The translations under genes and the position numbers were made by a program. DNA of 64,000 nucleotides from Eledone cirrhosa (taxonomy: Eukaryota), in assembly GCA_964016885.1 (NCBI GenBank), contig OZ024742.1, positions 76,446,001 through 76,510,000 of the forward strand. Direction: 5' to 3'. Under the pieces are notes generated by a model that saw only the letters and a list, made by a program, of their open reading frames with translations, did not search any database and was not told the origin of the DNA. This document shows, piece by piece, positions 25,950-38,959 of this stretch (position 1 is the stretch's first letter; each line of letters begins with the position of its first letter).

Positions 25950-28900
25950 TTATCCGCCTGTTTTATTACCTGACCTTGAGACATTGGCCAACATTTTTAA
26001 GTATGCAGACACCATACACAGAACAAACACACACATCCCCTACAACACCAACCCACTACCACCACCAGAATCCCCCAAACTTAAACAACCACAACAATCA
26101 TCAAACAAAACACAAAGCATCGTGCTATTTATAAAGGCCAACCAGATTTTGATGGCCCTGATAATACAAAGGCAAGACATAGAAAAGAAGGGAGTAATAT
26201 TGGGCACCACCCATCCTATTTTGTGTACCCGAGGGTCTAATAATACTACGTATGTCGCTCGATAGATGCAAAGAGATTAAGAAGAGTTTTCTTCGTGACG
26301 TAGGTATCCCGTATACGAAGCCCGCTTCAAGATATTTAAAGGGGTTTTCAAAGGAAACCACACCAACTGTGGCGGTCGAATCACACAGCCAACGCAAGCC
26401 ACCGGGAGGTAAGTACACCTTCGCTCTTTTATTTAACCTGCTAACACATCCATATTTAAATGTTTGTGGCCTGGGGTCACCATGGAAGCAGCGTCAACTA
26501 CTGAACGACTCCAGGTCATTAAATGTCGATGTGATTGCCGTCAACGATGGACTGGAACGACAATTTAGCTGCATGCTGTATTTGCGTGGGAGTAGCTAAT
26601 AGGAGCGACATGTGTAAAAAGCCTCAAATAACTGATAGGCTAGTTCCAACTGTCTGAGAGGTACCGACTAGATTTCCTTAATGCGCCTGTTTGAAACCGA
26701 ACAACCGCATAGGGACATCTAGATTGTATATAGATAGGTTTTTCATTAAGTCAAATGATAAAGATAGTATAGGTTGTCAACACTTTTAGTACACATATTT
26801 GTGATCTGAATGGTCGACCTAGATAAGACACGCAGATTAGCACCTATGGTTTCCTACAGGACAGGCTTAAAGGAACGGAGTCAATAATTTAGTTGAGCCA
26901 AAGTTGACAGAGGGTGGCGTCAACAATAGGTTGTGTGTGTCTCTCAAAAGTAATGTCGATAAAAATTAACAAAGAATTAGTGTTAGAGAAAAATAGAAAG
27001 GAGGGGTAGCTGGTAGTTAAATTAAACGAGGTTATTTATAGTGGCATTGCAGCTGAGGTGCTAGCAGTGAGAATGGCATTATACTATTTCTTCAATGCGA
27101 AACATGAAGGTTGCATTGTCAGGCATAAGGAGCGTGCTCTAAGAAACGAGAGAACCAAAGCTGTTAGTTGGGCCTGCGTATCAGAGACGCAACGTATTAA
27201 CAGAATGCAGATCGGTGGAATGTTTCGCCAATGCCTTGTTCGGCTGTTCGGGGAGATCGGGCTAAAGGAGAGATCCAGTGTCAGATCTAATTCCCTACCT
27301 CGACAGCATTCCGCTTCTGTCGCAGGCGATGCTGAACGCTGCGAAAGGTTGATCACTTCAGCCAAGATTATTAATGCCCTAGTCAGCTGCACTAGGCGCA
27401 AATCACCCGGTTTGGATGGACTGCCCTACGAGCTTCAGGTAGATATGCCAAACCTGTTCTCTGCTGACCTTATTGTGCTTTATTGCGACTGGCAACAAAA
27501 CAGGAGTATTCTCAGTTGTGTGAGGCAGGGCGTAGTGCGCTGATAAAAAAATTAGGAGAACAAGAGTGACAACTTCAGGACCATAAGTTTTGGCGAAGGT
27601 TTTCGTGAAGAGGTTGGTGCTTGTCATCGAGGATATGATAACCTGCATACATGCATAACCTGCATGCATGATAACCTGCACTTCCTGTGATACGTCATAG
27701 GGAGGGTAGGGATAGACCTAGCTCCATTCAATCGATATTATCCAGCATCAATACCAGTAAACTGTCCTCATGGCAGCTTGTTTTGGTTCAGTCAGAGGCT
27801 TGATCGCTGCAATGCACAGCAACATCTGATAGGTAGTCAAAGGTAATGGCCATCTTTCGGAAACGTTTCAGATCTCCCGATCGGTTGGTCAAGGGTGCAT
27901 TCTCTTCTCCATTCTGAACTTTTTAACTCTAGAGCTTTTATTGAGGCAGGTTCAACTAATGCAGGGCAGCCTGCTCGAACCGGGTCGAGGGAATGCTGTG
28001 TCGACATCACTATCATTGTATCGAAGGCCTCAGAAATTGAGACGGCATGCTCCTTTTTGGAGAAAAATGAAATTTTGACGAGAGCAACACTGAACTCTAA
28101 AATGTCGGTTGGCTTGCAGCTTGGCACCTGCAGAGGCAGGTAAATGCTGTCGAACAGCGTTGTCGGACGCTGAAATGAAAGACCGGTAAAGTTGCTCGGG
28201 GTTTGGTTCAGACCAGACCTCCAAGGGAATACGAATTGGGACGAGGTTACGATCAGTGTAGCCACTTTTTCCGAGAGGTAGCTGTCCCTCAAAGTTCGGG
28301 TGGAGGTGGTGATAGCATCTGCCATTTACTACCACAATGCAGTAGAGCCTTGCCTCCGTTCGCGTCTCGCTGAATTGGAAACTGTCTCCTCTTCAACTAA
28401 TTTTAGAGGAGACAGGTTCCGTTGGTGAGGTGATCCATCTGATGCTAACACTCTCTACGTGCAGGGCTAGGCATGAGGTGGCTAGTGATGCGCAAACATG
28501 CGCTGAGGCTGCAGCACCTCCGGGTAATCTGGCTAAACGATGATCAGGTGCCGTCGCCGGTTGTGTGACAGGCATTTCCGCAATTCATCTCTTTGACTGA
28601 CCTGCAGTCATGGGTCAAGAAGAGATCGAGATTGAGTGACTGGCACCTGGAATGTTGACAGGTGCTCACTGCTCACTACTAGGCGAGTGATGCGATCAGT
28701 GGAACTACCAATCAACAAGAGTTCGATAGAGGATCAGTGGTGGGCAAATGTGACGAGTCACTCCGAGATGCTCTGGACGTCGACGAAGTAGAACTAACAA
28801 GTTTCTTTCGAGCCGGGGATCATGGATAGGTTTCAGAATTCCCTCGTTACCAGAGGGCATTGCCAGTTCGAAATAAACTCTTCAGGCATGGAAGTGCTGT

Positions 28901-29575
28901 CACACACACGTGCCCGAAATGCGCGCAGAGTGACGAAAACGTTCTGAACGCACTCGTCCTCTATGTGCGCATTACTGACTTGTGGAGTTATGTCAAACAG
29001 CTGTTGTTACATTTAAGACGGAACCGGCTATCGACCGTGTCCAAAGTGAAGATCACCCTACTTCCTTCTTTTGGCCGAGTACGGCAGGAACCTTTCCTCT
29101 GTCTCGTCGCGGTGGCGAAAGTAGTTGTGTGGTGAACTAGGTAAAAAGGACTGATGACAGATTATTTTCATTCGGCCATTCCCTCATCAATTTTTTCAGG
29201 TCACACTTGGAAAGGAAGTTTAGGCTGGAGAGCAAAATATTGCGCCCTAGTACATTTTATGTGGTTGAGTGTGGTTTGAATGGCCATTGTGAATGTGCCT
29301 ACTCTGAGCATGCGCCTGTATATCTGGGTAATTTGATGAATATAGGGGCGCCCATCTCGGGTGACCTCGATGCGTTGGGTAGTTCACGATTTGTGGGGTA
29401 CCTGAGTCGCCCCTGGGAGGTTATCCCTCCCCCCATTGAGAAATGTTATCGTTGTAATTATAATAATTCTTTGTTAATTTGTTTTACTCAAATTTATTGT
29501 CCCTGTCTTTGTATTGCACCCTAAATGTCGGCGCTTTTGGCCAATAGACGAAACAAATTTTATAATAATTATTAT
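25950..29575 (+). mobile_element. Old, degenerate Tx1-type LINE
   Basis: Collinear homology with 33400-37200 (LNVCGLGSPWKQ, FFNAKHEGC, KSPGLDGLPYEL, SVGLQLGT, LPVRNKLFRHG). Ends in (TTA)n. Confidence 0.9.
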
Positions 29576-29589
29576 TATTGTTATTATTC

Positions 29590-30570
29590 TTGGATTCTCA
29601 GTCATTGTTGTTATTTAACTGGAAGGTTTGTGCAAATGAACATCAAGCCACTACCTGCAGCCTTATATATTCAGGACGCTTTGGAGGGTTCTTGCCGTTC
29701 CCAGCAAGCACGCCTTTTGAAGTGTTCCACAAAAACGGGGCTGGGATAAATGTTCTTTAAACATACTTGAAAAGTCTTCGAGTACCTCGTGCTCCAATGA
29801 GAGCCCAAATATTTTTTATTTCGGTTAATTTTCTCCTCCTTTTCTTGCGGTCTTGTGTCAAAGGGGCAGGCTACATCTTCAACCAGACACGATCTTTTTT
29901 CCTTGTCAAAAACCACTAGGTCGGACCTATTGTTTTCTAATTTATTATCTGTCTGTATCCGGAAATCCCATAACACCTTCACTTAATCGCTTTCTATAAC
30001 CGACTGTGGCTTTTGCTCATACTACTTCTCAGAATGTGGTAAATTATTTACTTTGCTTAAATTCCAGTGAATCATCTTTCCTCCAGATATTATAGTGAGT
30101 CTGGGCTAGGTGTATACACTGGGATACGATGTTAGCAACAGTCATCTCTTTCTCTCCATATATCCTATAGAGTGTGCTAGCCTCTTCCTTGTCAATATGA
30201 TGTCTGATCCACTACGTCCTGAGGGCTTGCTCTTGCGAAGCCATAAGCATTATTTCTGTAGCTTTTTTAAGGTGTCCTCTTTTTAATTAGCTCCATTTCT
30301 GTGGATCTCTGAATTCCGATTTTTTTAAAGGTGCTATGAAGGGATTTTTCATGAATGTTGCTCTTCCTTCTTTGTTGTTACTTCCTCCTTGAACATCCCC
30401 TTTTCTATTGTCTCCTCCTTCAGTAAAACCTTGAGCATCGGCTTCCCACTCTCAGACACATATTTGTGCAGACTGCTTTCTCCAAATGAGCACAGTCCTC
30501 TACACTGATAATACCTATTCCAACTTCAGATCTCTTTAAGTAGAGTCTATCAACATCACTCTTCTTGTCA
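29590..30570 (-). mobile_element. R4/Dong-type RLE non-LTR retrotransposon, 3' fragment
   Basis: KVLWDFRIQTDNKLENNRSDLVVFDKEKRSCLVEDVACPFD, homologous to 37230-37880. (TAA)n tail. Confidence 0.85.
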
Positions 30571-30597
30571 TTATTATTATCATTATTAATATTTCCA

Positions 30598-30795
30598 TGA
30601 GCGGTGGATTGGCAGTTTCAGTAGAGGGTCAGACGCCATGCTTTGAAAGCACAGAGTTACGGCCCTTTATTGTCTGAGTTCAAATCCCGCCGAGATTAAC
30701 TTTGCCTTTCATCCTTACGCGGTCGATAAAATAAAGTACCAGTAATACACTGGAATAATTGCTGGCTTTGTGCCAAAAGTACAAACAATTATTAA
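30598..30795 (+). mobile_element. tRNA-derived SINE, copy 2
   Basis: TGGCAGTTTCAGTAG, B-box GAGTTCAAATCC and the shared central domain. Flanked by TTA repeats. Confidence 0.88.
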
Positions 30796-30899
30796 TATTT
30801 CCATTATTATTTTTATTGCACATCATTACTGCTTTACCGAGCACTGTTCTCTGTACCTTGGGTATGAACAGTTTAATTTTTGCTGATGTTATTTCTATT

Positions 30900-31345
30900 G
30901 TATTGATAGTACTTTTCGTAATATGTGTGCAGTTCATAGTAGTGTTATCTTTTGTATGCTGTATAAATTTTAAGTATTGGCTATGTATTTGTTTGTGTTT
31001 TTATCATGCCTCGAGCACCTATTATTATAGCTATTGTTTCTGTTTTCGTTTTCCACATTCGAGTTATTTCTATCTCTAGATCTTTATATTTGGAGAGTTT
31101 CTCTATTTCCTTGGGAAATATATTGTCGCCTGTGCGGATAGATACATCTATTAGGAGGCATTTTTTCATTCTGGTCTTTGACTATAATATCTAGACATGT
31201 GACCTTGATCTTGTACTGGCATATCATAGAGAATGGTCGCTTTGTCATTCTGTGCTACTTTGTCCGGTGTTGTGTGTCTGTACCGTCATTTTTTCTGTTG
31301 GTATTTTATAATGCTGGCAGGATTTCCAGTTTATGAAGGGCCTAA
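30900..31345 (-). mobile_element. Second R4/Dong-type RLE fragment (different subfamily)
   Basis: KKCLLIDVSI..D.NI..KEIEKLSKYKDLEIEITRMWK...IIIGARGMI. Confidence 0.78.
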
Positions 31346-31349
31346 ATCT

Positions 31350-31370
31350 ATCTTCTTCTTCTTCTTCTTC

Positions 31371-31429
<59 letters not shown>
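31350..31429. repeat. (TTC)n(TTA)n microsatellite at the Tx1 5' junction
   Basis: Seen directly. Confidence 0.95.
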
Positions 31430-31637
31430 GGCGACCTACGTAGTAAATCGTATCATCGTGAGCTCCGCAAAGGTTTGTTATTTCCGTTTGTTAACAATTG
31501 CCATTTATGGAAAATTTTTATTGTTAACCATATATAAGCGCACATACATTGTTTTCCGAAAAGGACACCCAAAAAGATTGGGGCCTTGTGCCCAAAATTT
31601 AAACTTTTATTATTATCAAAAAATTTCTTTGAAAAAA

Positions 31638-33635
31638 ATGGTTAATTCACCTCTGCACCAAGCAGCTGAAAGCCTTCCTCACAAATTAACACCTCACACC
31701 GACACCACCATTGTAAATGTTATTACGTTTGCCAACACAAAAAAAGTATAAGCAGTAGCAATATTTTAAATTTGTCTCAGGCAGACATTCATTTCCCGCC
31801 ATTACCAATGACTGCAGGTGTTAAAGCCTCCACCACCACCACGACAACCACCACCCCCACCACCACCGCGACAACAGAAACAAAAGAAGAAAAAAATAAA
31901 TTAACTCGTGATGTCGAAATGAAATCAAGCAAAATGGACTCTTCCCCACCAAAGACGACTGACGTCACCACCACCACAACTGAAACTAAAATTAATATTA
32001 ACACAAATAACGATAGCTACAACAAAAACAATGACATTATAAAAACCACCCTCAGTTTCGCCAGAGTAGCAAAACAGTTCGAAGCATTTATGGTAACTCA
32101 GGAGGATTTAGAAAATTCCAAACAAATGGTAAAGAAAGATGGGTACAGGGTCAGCCTCACCCCCACCCCCCACACACACCTAATAAAATGGAGCATCGGT
32201 GCCTATGCACCGTGTCGTATCGAACAATAAATGTAAAATCGCGCCGAGTGGACGGGCATCCGAGTCCCAAATCCCAAAAGCTTTGGGACATGTGTGGGCA
32301 AGAAAAACCCACATCAGACGTGGACAAAAGTATGGAACCGTGGACGTGTTCTTTGAAACACCAGAGGAGGCTAGAGAACACTCCATGGCCCCATTAAGAA
32401 GTGACGACTTCACACTCGTCCCAAGCTATTGTGGCCAGAGACTCGTAAAGATCAGGGTGACCCACGTTCCACCGGCCATCGAAATTCCCTGGCTAATAGC
32501 GGCCGTCATCGCCGGCATCGAAGCCAACACAAAAATAATAGCAATAGCAAAAGAAAAGCAGGAGAACTGGTCCGGATCTGGGATGGAGCTCCTGATCCAA
32601 GCGGACCAAAAAAGCATTGAGGAGATCCCAGAGGTAATAGACCTCACTGACGGCAGCCACCTCACCGTAATTGTCAAGGGCAGAAGAGCTAGGTGTGTCG
32701 TTTGTGGTGAAGGAACCCACCTAAGGGCTTTCTGCCCTCAGGCTAAAAGGTTGAGGCCACCTCTCCTACCCACCCCAGTGACACAACCATCAACACCACC
32801 AGTAGCAGAGATGGCAGCAACAACTATAGCAGCAACAACAGAAGCAACTATAACAGCAACAACCCCAGCAACAGTAGCAATACCAACACCACCACCACTA
32901 CCAGCAAAACCAACACCACCACCACCCAACACTTCAGAACTAGCACCAGCGCCTACACCATCCACCACGCCACAACCAAAACTAACGCCTGTGGAGGATT
33001 TTCCACTCCCCGGCCTATCACAACTGGAGACAGATTGTGACGCCGAGGAGTGGGAAACGATATCCGGAAAAAAAAAAGAAACCAAAAAAGAAAAAATTCT
33101 CTTCCTTCCCCCTCCAAAAACAAAATACAGAGGGAAACAAATAAACTAAGAAACAAAAAAGTTAGGACAGATATACCACCATCCACACCAGCATCACCAA
33201 CCCCATCAACCCAAACACCAACACCATCACCATCATTAACCCCAACACCACCATCACCTACACCACAAAAGTCACCAAAATGCGAAACAGAAAGAAAACC
33301 CACAACAAACGCAAACAAAACAAAACAACCAAAACGATACACACTCCACAGCATTAAATTTGAACAACAAGCAATTATTACACTACATCCAACACAACAC
33401 CAGCATCACAGAAAAAGACTACACAACAACCCCAAAATTCACACCACATCCACACATACAAATCACTCGCATCACACAGAAAACGTACATGACACTAAAA
33501 CAAAAATTCCCCAAAGACATCGGAGACTTCCGACAAGCAATCTCCAGGAGGATTTATAAGGACATCCTTCCTGAGGAGGCCACAAGCAGTGAAAAGGATG
33601 GAAAAACCGTCCTTCCCCTACGAGAAGTAAGGTAA
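31638..33635 (+). pseudogene. Tx1 ORF1 (RRM-like + CCHC knuckle + Pro/Thr-rich), frameshifted
   Basis: GTVDVFFETPEEA, VKIRVTHVPP and CVVCGEGTHLRAFC, spread over several frames. Start position approximate. Confidence 0.8.
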
Positions 33636-33669
33636 GTGGTCTTTCCCATCTTTTCCACTCCTTTTCAAC

Positions 33670-36600
33670 ATGACCTCACTCAGAATAGGCAGCATAAATG
33701 TGCGTGGCTTGGGGTCGTCATGGAAGCAGGGCCACCTGCTCAACGACCTCAGGTCACTAAACATAGATGTAGTGGCCATCAGCGAGACCAGAATCTCCGA
33801 AGCACAGGCTTTCGCACCGATCTTCGGCGGCTACGATGTGTACGATGTGTAAGCTTTCAGGTTAGTGGCCGTCTATGCCCCGACAGGAGCAGGGCGGCCT
33901 GATTTCTTCCGGCGTCTGGAGACCTTTCTTGGAACGTCCCGCTCTTTAGTGTTAGTGGGCGACTGGAACGGGATCTTAGATGCACGCTGGGATTGTGTGG
34001 GATTAGTGGATAGGGAAGGAGGGTGCAAGAGTCTCACCAACCTGCTCAGACGTTTTGAAATGTCTGACAGGTACCGAATGGATTTCCCGAATGTACCAAT
34101 GTGGACTTGGACAAATCGCATAGGGTCATCCAGATCATATCTAGATAGAGTATTTTGTAGGGAAATAGATACGTCTAGCATATGCTGTCCACAATTCAAG
34201 ATAGTCAGCTACACGGACCACAAATTCGTGATCTGTGTGCTTGACTTAGATAGGCTTCATAGACTAGGACCCTGCTACTGGAAGCTAAATGCGTCCTTAC
34301 CAGCGCGCAAGGCCTACAGAGACCGGATTAGCGAACTAGTTAAGCGGTCGTTGACGGGGGCCATCGTCAACAACAAGTGGTGGTTTGCTCTAAAAAGAGC
34401 AATTAGAATAGAGTCCATTAGGTTTAGTAAGACTTTAGCAATAGAGAAAAATAGAGCAGAGGGAGAATTAGTTAGAAAATTAGATGAGGCGCTTAGCAAA
34501 GGCATTGCGACCGACGTACTTGCGGCGAAATTGGCCCTTGACCAATTCTTCAATGCAAAGCACGAAGGCTGCGTTGTCAGAGCTAGGGTGCGTGCTCTCA
34601 GACACGAGGGGACGAAAGCCGTTCAATGGGCCCAAGTGGCGGAGGCGCGTCGTGGCAACAAAGCCACGATCCGGTCTTTGGTGGACCACGACGGGCGCAT
34701 GCTACTCGATCCCGGGCAAATGTGTGAAGCTTTTCTGCGACATCGCTCAACTGTTCGGGGGCATTGACGGGCCGGATCGAGGGATGGACTTTAGTGTCTA
34801 CCGCGACGGACCGCCGCGGCTCTCGGCCACTGAGGCGGAGTGTTGCGAAAAGCCGATAAGAACCGCTGAAGTATGGGATGCAATGACTAGTTGCACAAGG
34901 GGTAAATCGCCTGGTTTGGATGGTCTGCCCTATGAACTTTACGTACAAATGCCAGACTTGTTCGGAGGCCTCTTGGCGGACGTCTACTGCAACTGGCAAC
35001 AGAACGGGAGAATTCCCAGCTCTGTGAGCCGAGGAGCGTTGGCGCTGCTGAGAAAGGATCCGAACAAGGGGGATAACATAGATAATTTTAGGCCCATAAC
35101 TCTGCTAAACACAGAGTTCAAGATTTTGGCCAAGGTGCTAGCAAAGAGGTTGGCGCTTGTCGTTGGTGGTCTGGTGGGAGAGGCGCAGACATGCGCCATT
35201 CCCGACAGATCCATCCACGACAACCTCCACCTCATGCGATACATCGTAGAGAGGGTAGCTAGGGAACCTGGCACGGGTGGGACTTTGATCAATTTAGATC
35301 AGTCGAAAGCCTTCGATAGGGTCGACCATCGTTACCTAGCGGCAGTCCTGAGGGCGGCTGGCTTTGGGCCCGTCTTCAGAGGCTGGATCGCTGCCACGCA
35401 CAGCGACATCTGCTCTGCAGTGAGAGTGAACGGTCACCTTTCGGAACCGTTCAACATCATGGGCTCGGTCCGCCAAGGATGTCCCCTCTCGTCCCTATTG
35501 TACGTATTGACTCTCGAGCCATTACTGCACAAACTGGAGACGGTGAGGGGGGTCCCGAGCGAACTAGGATACGGAAGATCCGTGTCAGCATATGCGGACG
35601 ATGTCACCGTAGTGGTGTCGAACGCCAAACATATCAAGGCGATCGACACTACACTAAGCGAATACGAAGCGGTGACAGGAGCAATGATCAAGCAGGAAAA
35701 GTCAGTGGGCCTGCAGCTCGGCACCTGGAGAGGCAGGTCCATGCCGTCCAACAGCGTCGTCGGGCGCTGGACGGACGGACCGGTTAAATTGCTAGGGGTC
35801 TGGTTCGGTCCAGACCTCCAGACGGACAAAAACTGAACGAGGTGACGAACAGGGTGGCTTCTCTCACCCAGAAATGGGCCGAGTGGAAGCTATCCCTGAA
35901 AGGTCGAGCGGAGGTGGCTAACGCGTACATCGCGTCCGTCATCTACTACCGCCTGACCGTCGTAGATTGTCCTAAGCCCCGCCTGACTGCGCTGGAGCGT
36001 TTGCTCTTTCGCTTTTTGTGGAAGGGATGCGCTCCGATGGTCAGGCGGTCCATCTGCTTTCACTACCCGCTACGTGGAGGGCTGGGCATGCCGTGGCTGA
36101 TGATGCGCAGACACGCGCTCAGGCTACGAGATCTCCACCTCTTCCTCGACGGTGATCAAGTGTGGTCGCCGTTTGCTAGACACGTCTTCCCGAGCTCGTC
36201 TCCTTGACGGAGCTACAGTCCTGGGTCAAGCGAAGACCGAGAGGGAGGGCTTGGCGACTGGAATGTCTTCAGGCGCTCACAGCCCTCGACCAATCGGGCA
36301 ATGTGATCGGTGGAAACTCCAACTTGGCGTTCTATAGAGGAGTAGTGGAGGGGAAGAGCGACGACGTACTTGGAGAAACTCTAGGCGTCGACGAAAATCA
36401 ACTAGCCAATCTCTTCGGAAGGACTTTCGGGCGGGGGCCTATGGACAACTTCCAGAAATCCCTGGCCTGGCAGTGCTACCGGGGAGCTTTGCCAGTTCGG
36501 GATAAACTCTACAGGCATGGAGGTGCTGTCAGCCGGGCATATCCGAGATGCGCACAGGACGACGAAACCGTCCTGCCCGCACTCGTCCAGTGTCCGAGCA

Positions 36601-36955
36601 TTGCTGACTTGTGGGTTTATGTCGAACACCTGCTGTCACGTGTAGGACAGATCCAGCTATCAGCCGAGTCCATCGTGAGTATTGCCGCGCCCTCTTCCTT
36701 TAGCCGGGAAGGGCAGGCAGTTTTTATCTGTCTGGTGGCCATGGCGAAAAACATAGTATGGTGGACACATTTGAATGGGCTGAAGACGAGCATTTACACT
36801 TCGGTCATGCCCTGATTAACTTTTTCAAATTTCATTTGAAAAGGAAAATCAGGGTAGAATTGGAAGTGCTCTCTTCCCAGCATTTTGTTGAAAGATGGGT
36901 GAGAGAAGCAAGAATGGCCCGAGTGAATGGGCCTACTCTGAGTACGTATCTGTAA
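33670..36955 (+). pseudogene. Tx1 ORF2 (AP endonuclease, RT, zf-RVT), a few frameshifts and stops
   Basis: SINVRGL, LVGDWN, SYLDRVF, YTDHK, WKLN, KSPGLDGLP, FRPITLLN, KAFDRVDH, VRQGCPLS, AYADD and ALPVRDKL. Confidence 0.96.
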
Positions 36956-37229
36956 ATTAAAGGTGGAAAACTGGGAGAGGGCACTTGCCTTGGTGTCAGG
37001 GTCACCAAGGCATTTTACTGGGCTATCTCCACATAGGTCCCTCCGAAGTCTCCCCCCTATTGGGGAATTTTTCATTGTTATTTTTTGTTACATCCTCTGT
37101 TTTTGTTTTTAACACGCAGAAATGCCTATTTGTACCGTCCTGTATTGTCCCGCACTCTCCTTAATGTCTACTTTATGTAAACCCTTGTTGTTAATAAAGA
37201 AATGATTATTATTATTATTGTTGTTATTA

Positions 37230-37882
37230 CTCTTTGAGTTTCAGTCATTGATGTTAGTTAACTGGAATGTTTGTTGAAATGAATATCAAGCCACTATCTG
37301 CAGCCTCAGATATTCAGGACGTATCGGAGGGTTCTTGCTGTTCCCAGCAAGCATGCCTTTTGAAGAGTTCCAAAAAGCGTGAAGGGGCCAATTTTCTTTA
37401 ACCATCCCTGGAAACTTTTTGAGATAGTCCCCAGTGCGCCTAGGACAATCGGGATCACTTTGACTTCATGGCAGTTCCAAATCCTTTTTACCTCCCACTT
37501 TAAGTCCTGGTATCGGTTAATTTTCTCCCTCTCCTTCTCTTGCACTCTCGTGTCGAATGGGCAGGCCACATCCACAATCAGGCACGATCTTTTTTCTTTG
37601 TCCAAAACCACCAGGTCATGTCTATTGTGTTCCAGTTTCTTGTCCGTCTGTATCCTAAAATCCCACAGCACCTTCACCTGATCGTTTTCTATCACCGCCT
37701 CTGGCTTATGCTCATACCATTTCTCAGAATGTGGTAAATTGCTTACTTTGCATGGGTGCCAGTGGATCACCCTGCCCATCACATCATGTCTCCAGCCCTT
37801 ATAGTGAGTCTGGGCTATGTGTTTACACTCGGATACAATGTGAGCCACAGTCTCTTCTCTCTCTCCACAGATCCTGCACAGT
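37230..37882 (-). mobile_element. R4/Dong-type RLE retrotransposon 3' end (CCHC + restriction-like endonuclease)
   Basis: CRICGEREETVAHIVSEC..RHD..LWDF..NRHDLVVLD..IVDVACP..EK..RY..IVLGALG..LQKACLLGT. Flanked by (TAA)n. Confidence 0.92.
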
Positions 37883-37883
37883 G

Positions 37884-37919
<36 letters not shown>

Positions 37920-37920
37920 A

Positions 37921-38118
37921 AAAGGCTGTGGATTGGCAGGATCGGTAGAGGATTGGACACCATGCTTTACAGCATATAGTTAGGTCCCTTTACTGTCTGA
38001 CTTCAAAGCACACTGAGGTTAACTTTTACTTTCATCCTTATGGGGTCGATAAAATAATGTACCAGTAATACACTGGGATAATTGCTGGCCTTGTTCCATA
38101 TATAGAAACAATTATTAA
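37921..38118 (+). mobile_element. tRNA-derived SINE, copy 3
   Basis: TGGCAGGATCGGTAG, a degenerate B-box and TTTCATCCTTATGGGGTCGATAAAATAATGTACCAGT. Confidence 0.85.
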
Positions 38119-38840
38119 TATTATTATTATTTTTATATTTACTGGTATGTTTGCCATAGGCCGTGTAGTTAAACCAAGAATATGTTTGCTAGTTAGAGTA
38201 GAAATATATTACTGAAATAAGTAGAAATGTAATTTAAGGGAAATAAAGATATAAATTAAATTTCCGAGGATCGTAATTCCAGAAAACTATATTGAACAGA
38301 TGACAAGAAGCTGACAAATAGTTACGATGTGGCTAGAGACACTAATCGCATAAATCTGCTACGCAAGGTTTGCTTCAGAAATATGACAGCTAAACAATTC
38401 ACCATTTTCAAGTATGTATCCGTTGCCTAATATATATTTACATCCATTGCAAGAAATGATTCATGTGTTTGGCGCAACCAATTCAGACAAAATCGAAAAT
38501 ACTCTTTACATATATGAATTAGCATTGGGTCTTATCATACGTGCGTGTGGTTATGTGTGCATTGATATATGTGTGTGAATTTATCGTTTAGAGATGACAA
38601 TGTGCAGAATATATTTTCTCTGATCAAACAAAATCTAGATTTGAAACGCGATTTAATAATGAAGTCCAAATGAGGTCAGCCTCAAAGGTGATCGACTGAA
38701 GTTTCGTTCATGAAATACATCATACGTTCAAAAGCTGTCGATGTCGCTTAGAAGTTGAATTTCCTACTAATGAGAATAGAAATAGTTTTAAAAGGTTAAC
38801 GTACGTATTTATCTAATAACTACATCAATTTTATGTTATA

Positions 38841-38959
<119 letters not shown>

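Larger units (their letters stand above)
31430..37205 (+). mobile_element. Near full-length Tx1-clade LINE
   Basis: Two-ORF layout, AATAAA at ~37193 and a (TTA)n tail. Bounded on both sides by (TTA)n. Confidence 0.95.

Noticed and set aside
30598-30700. tRNA gene
   Set aside because: A/B boxes without a cloverleaf, followed by SINE body; it is a SINE head.
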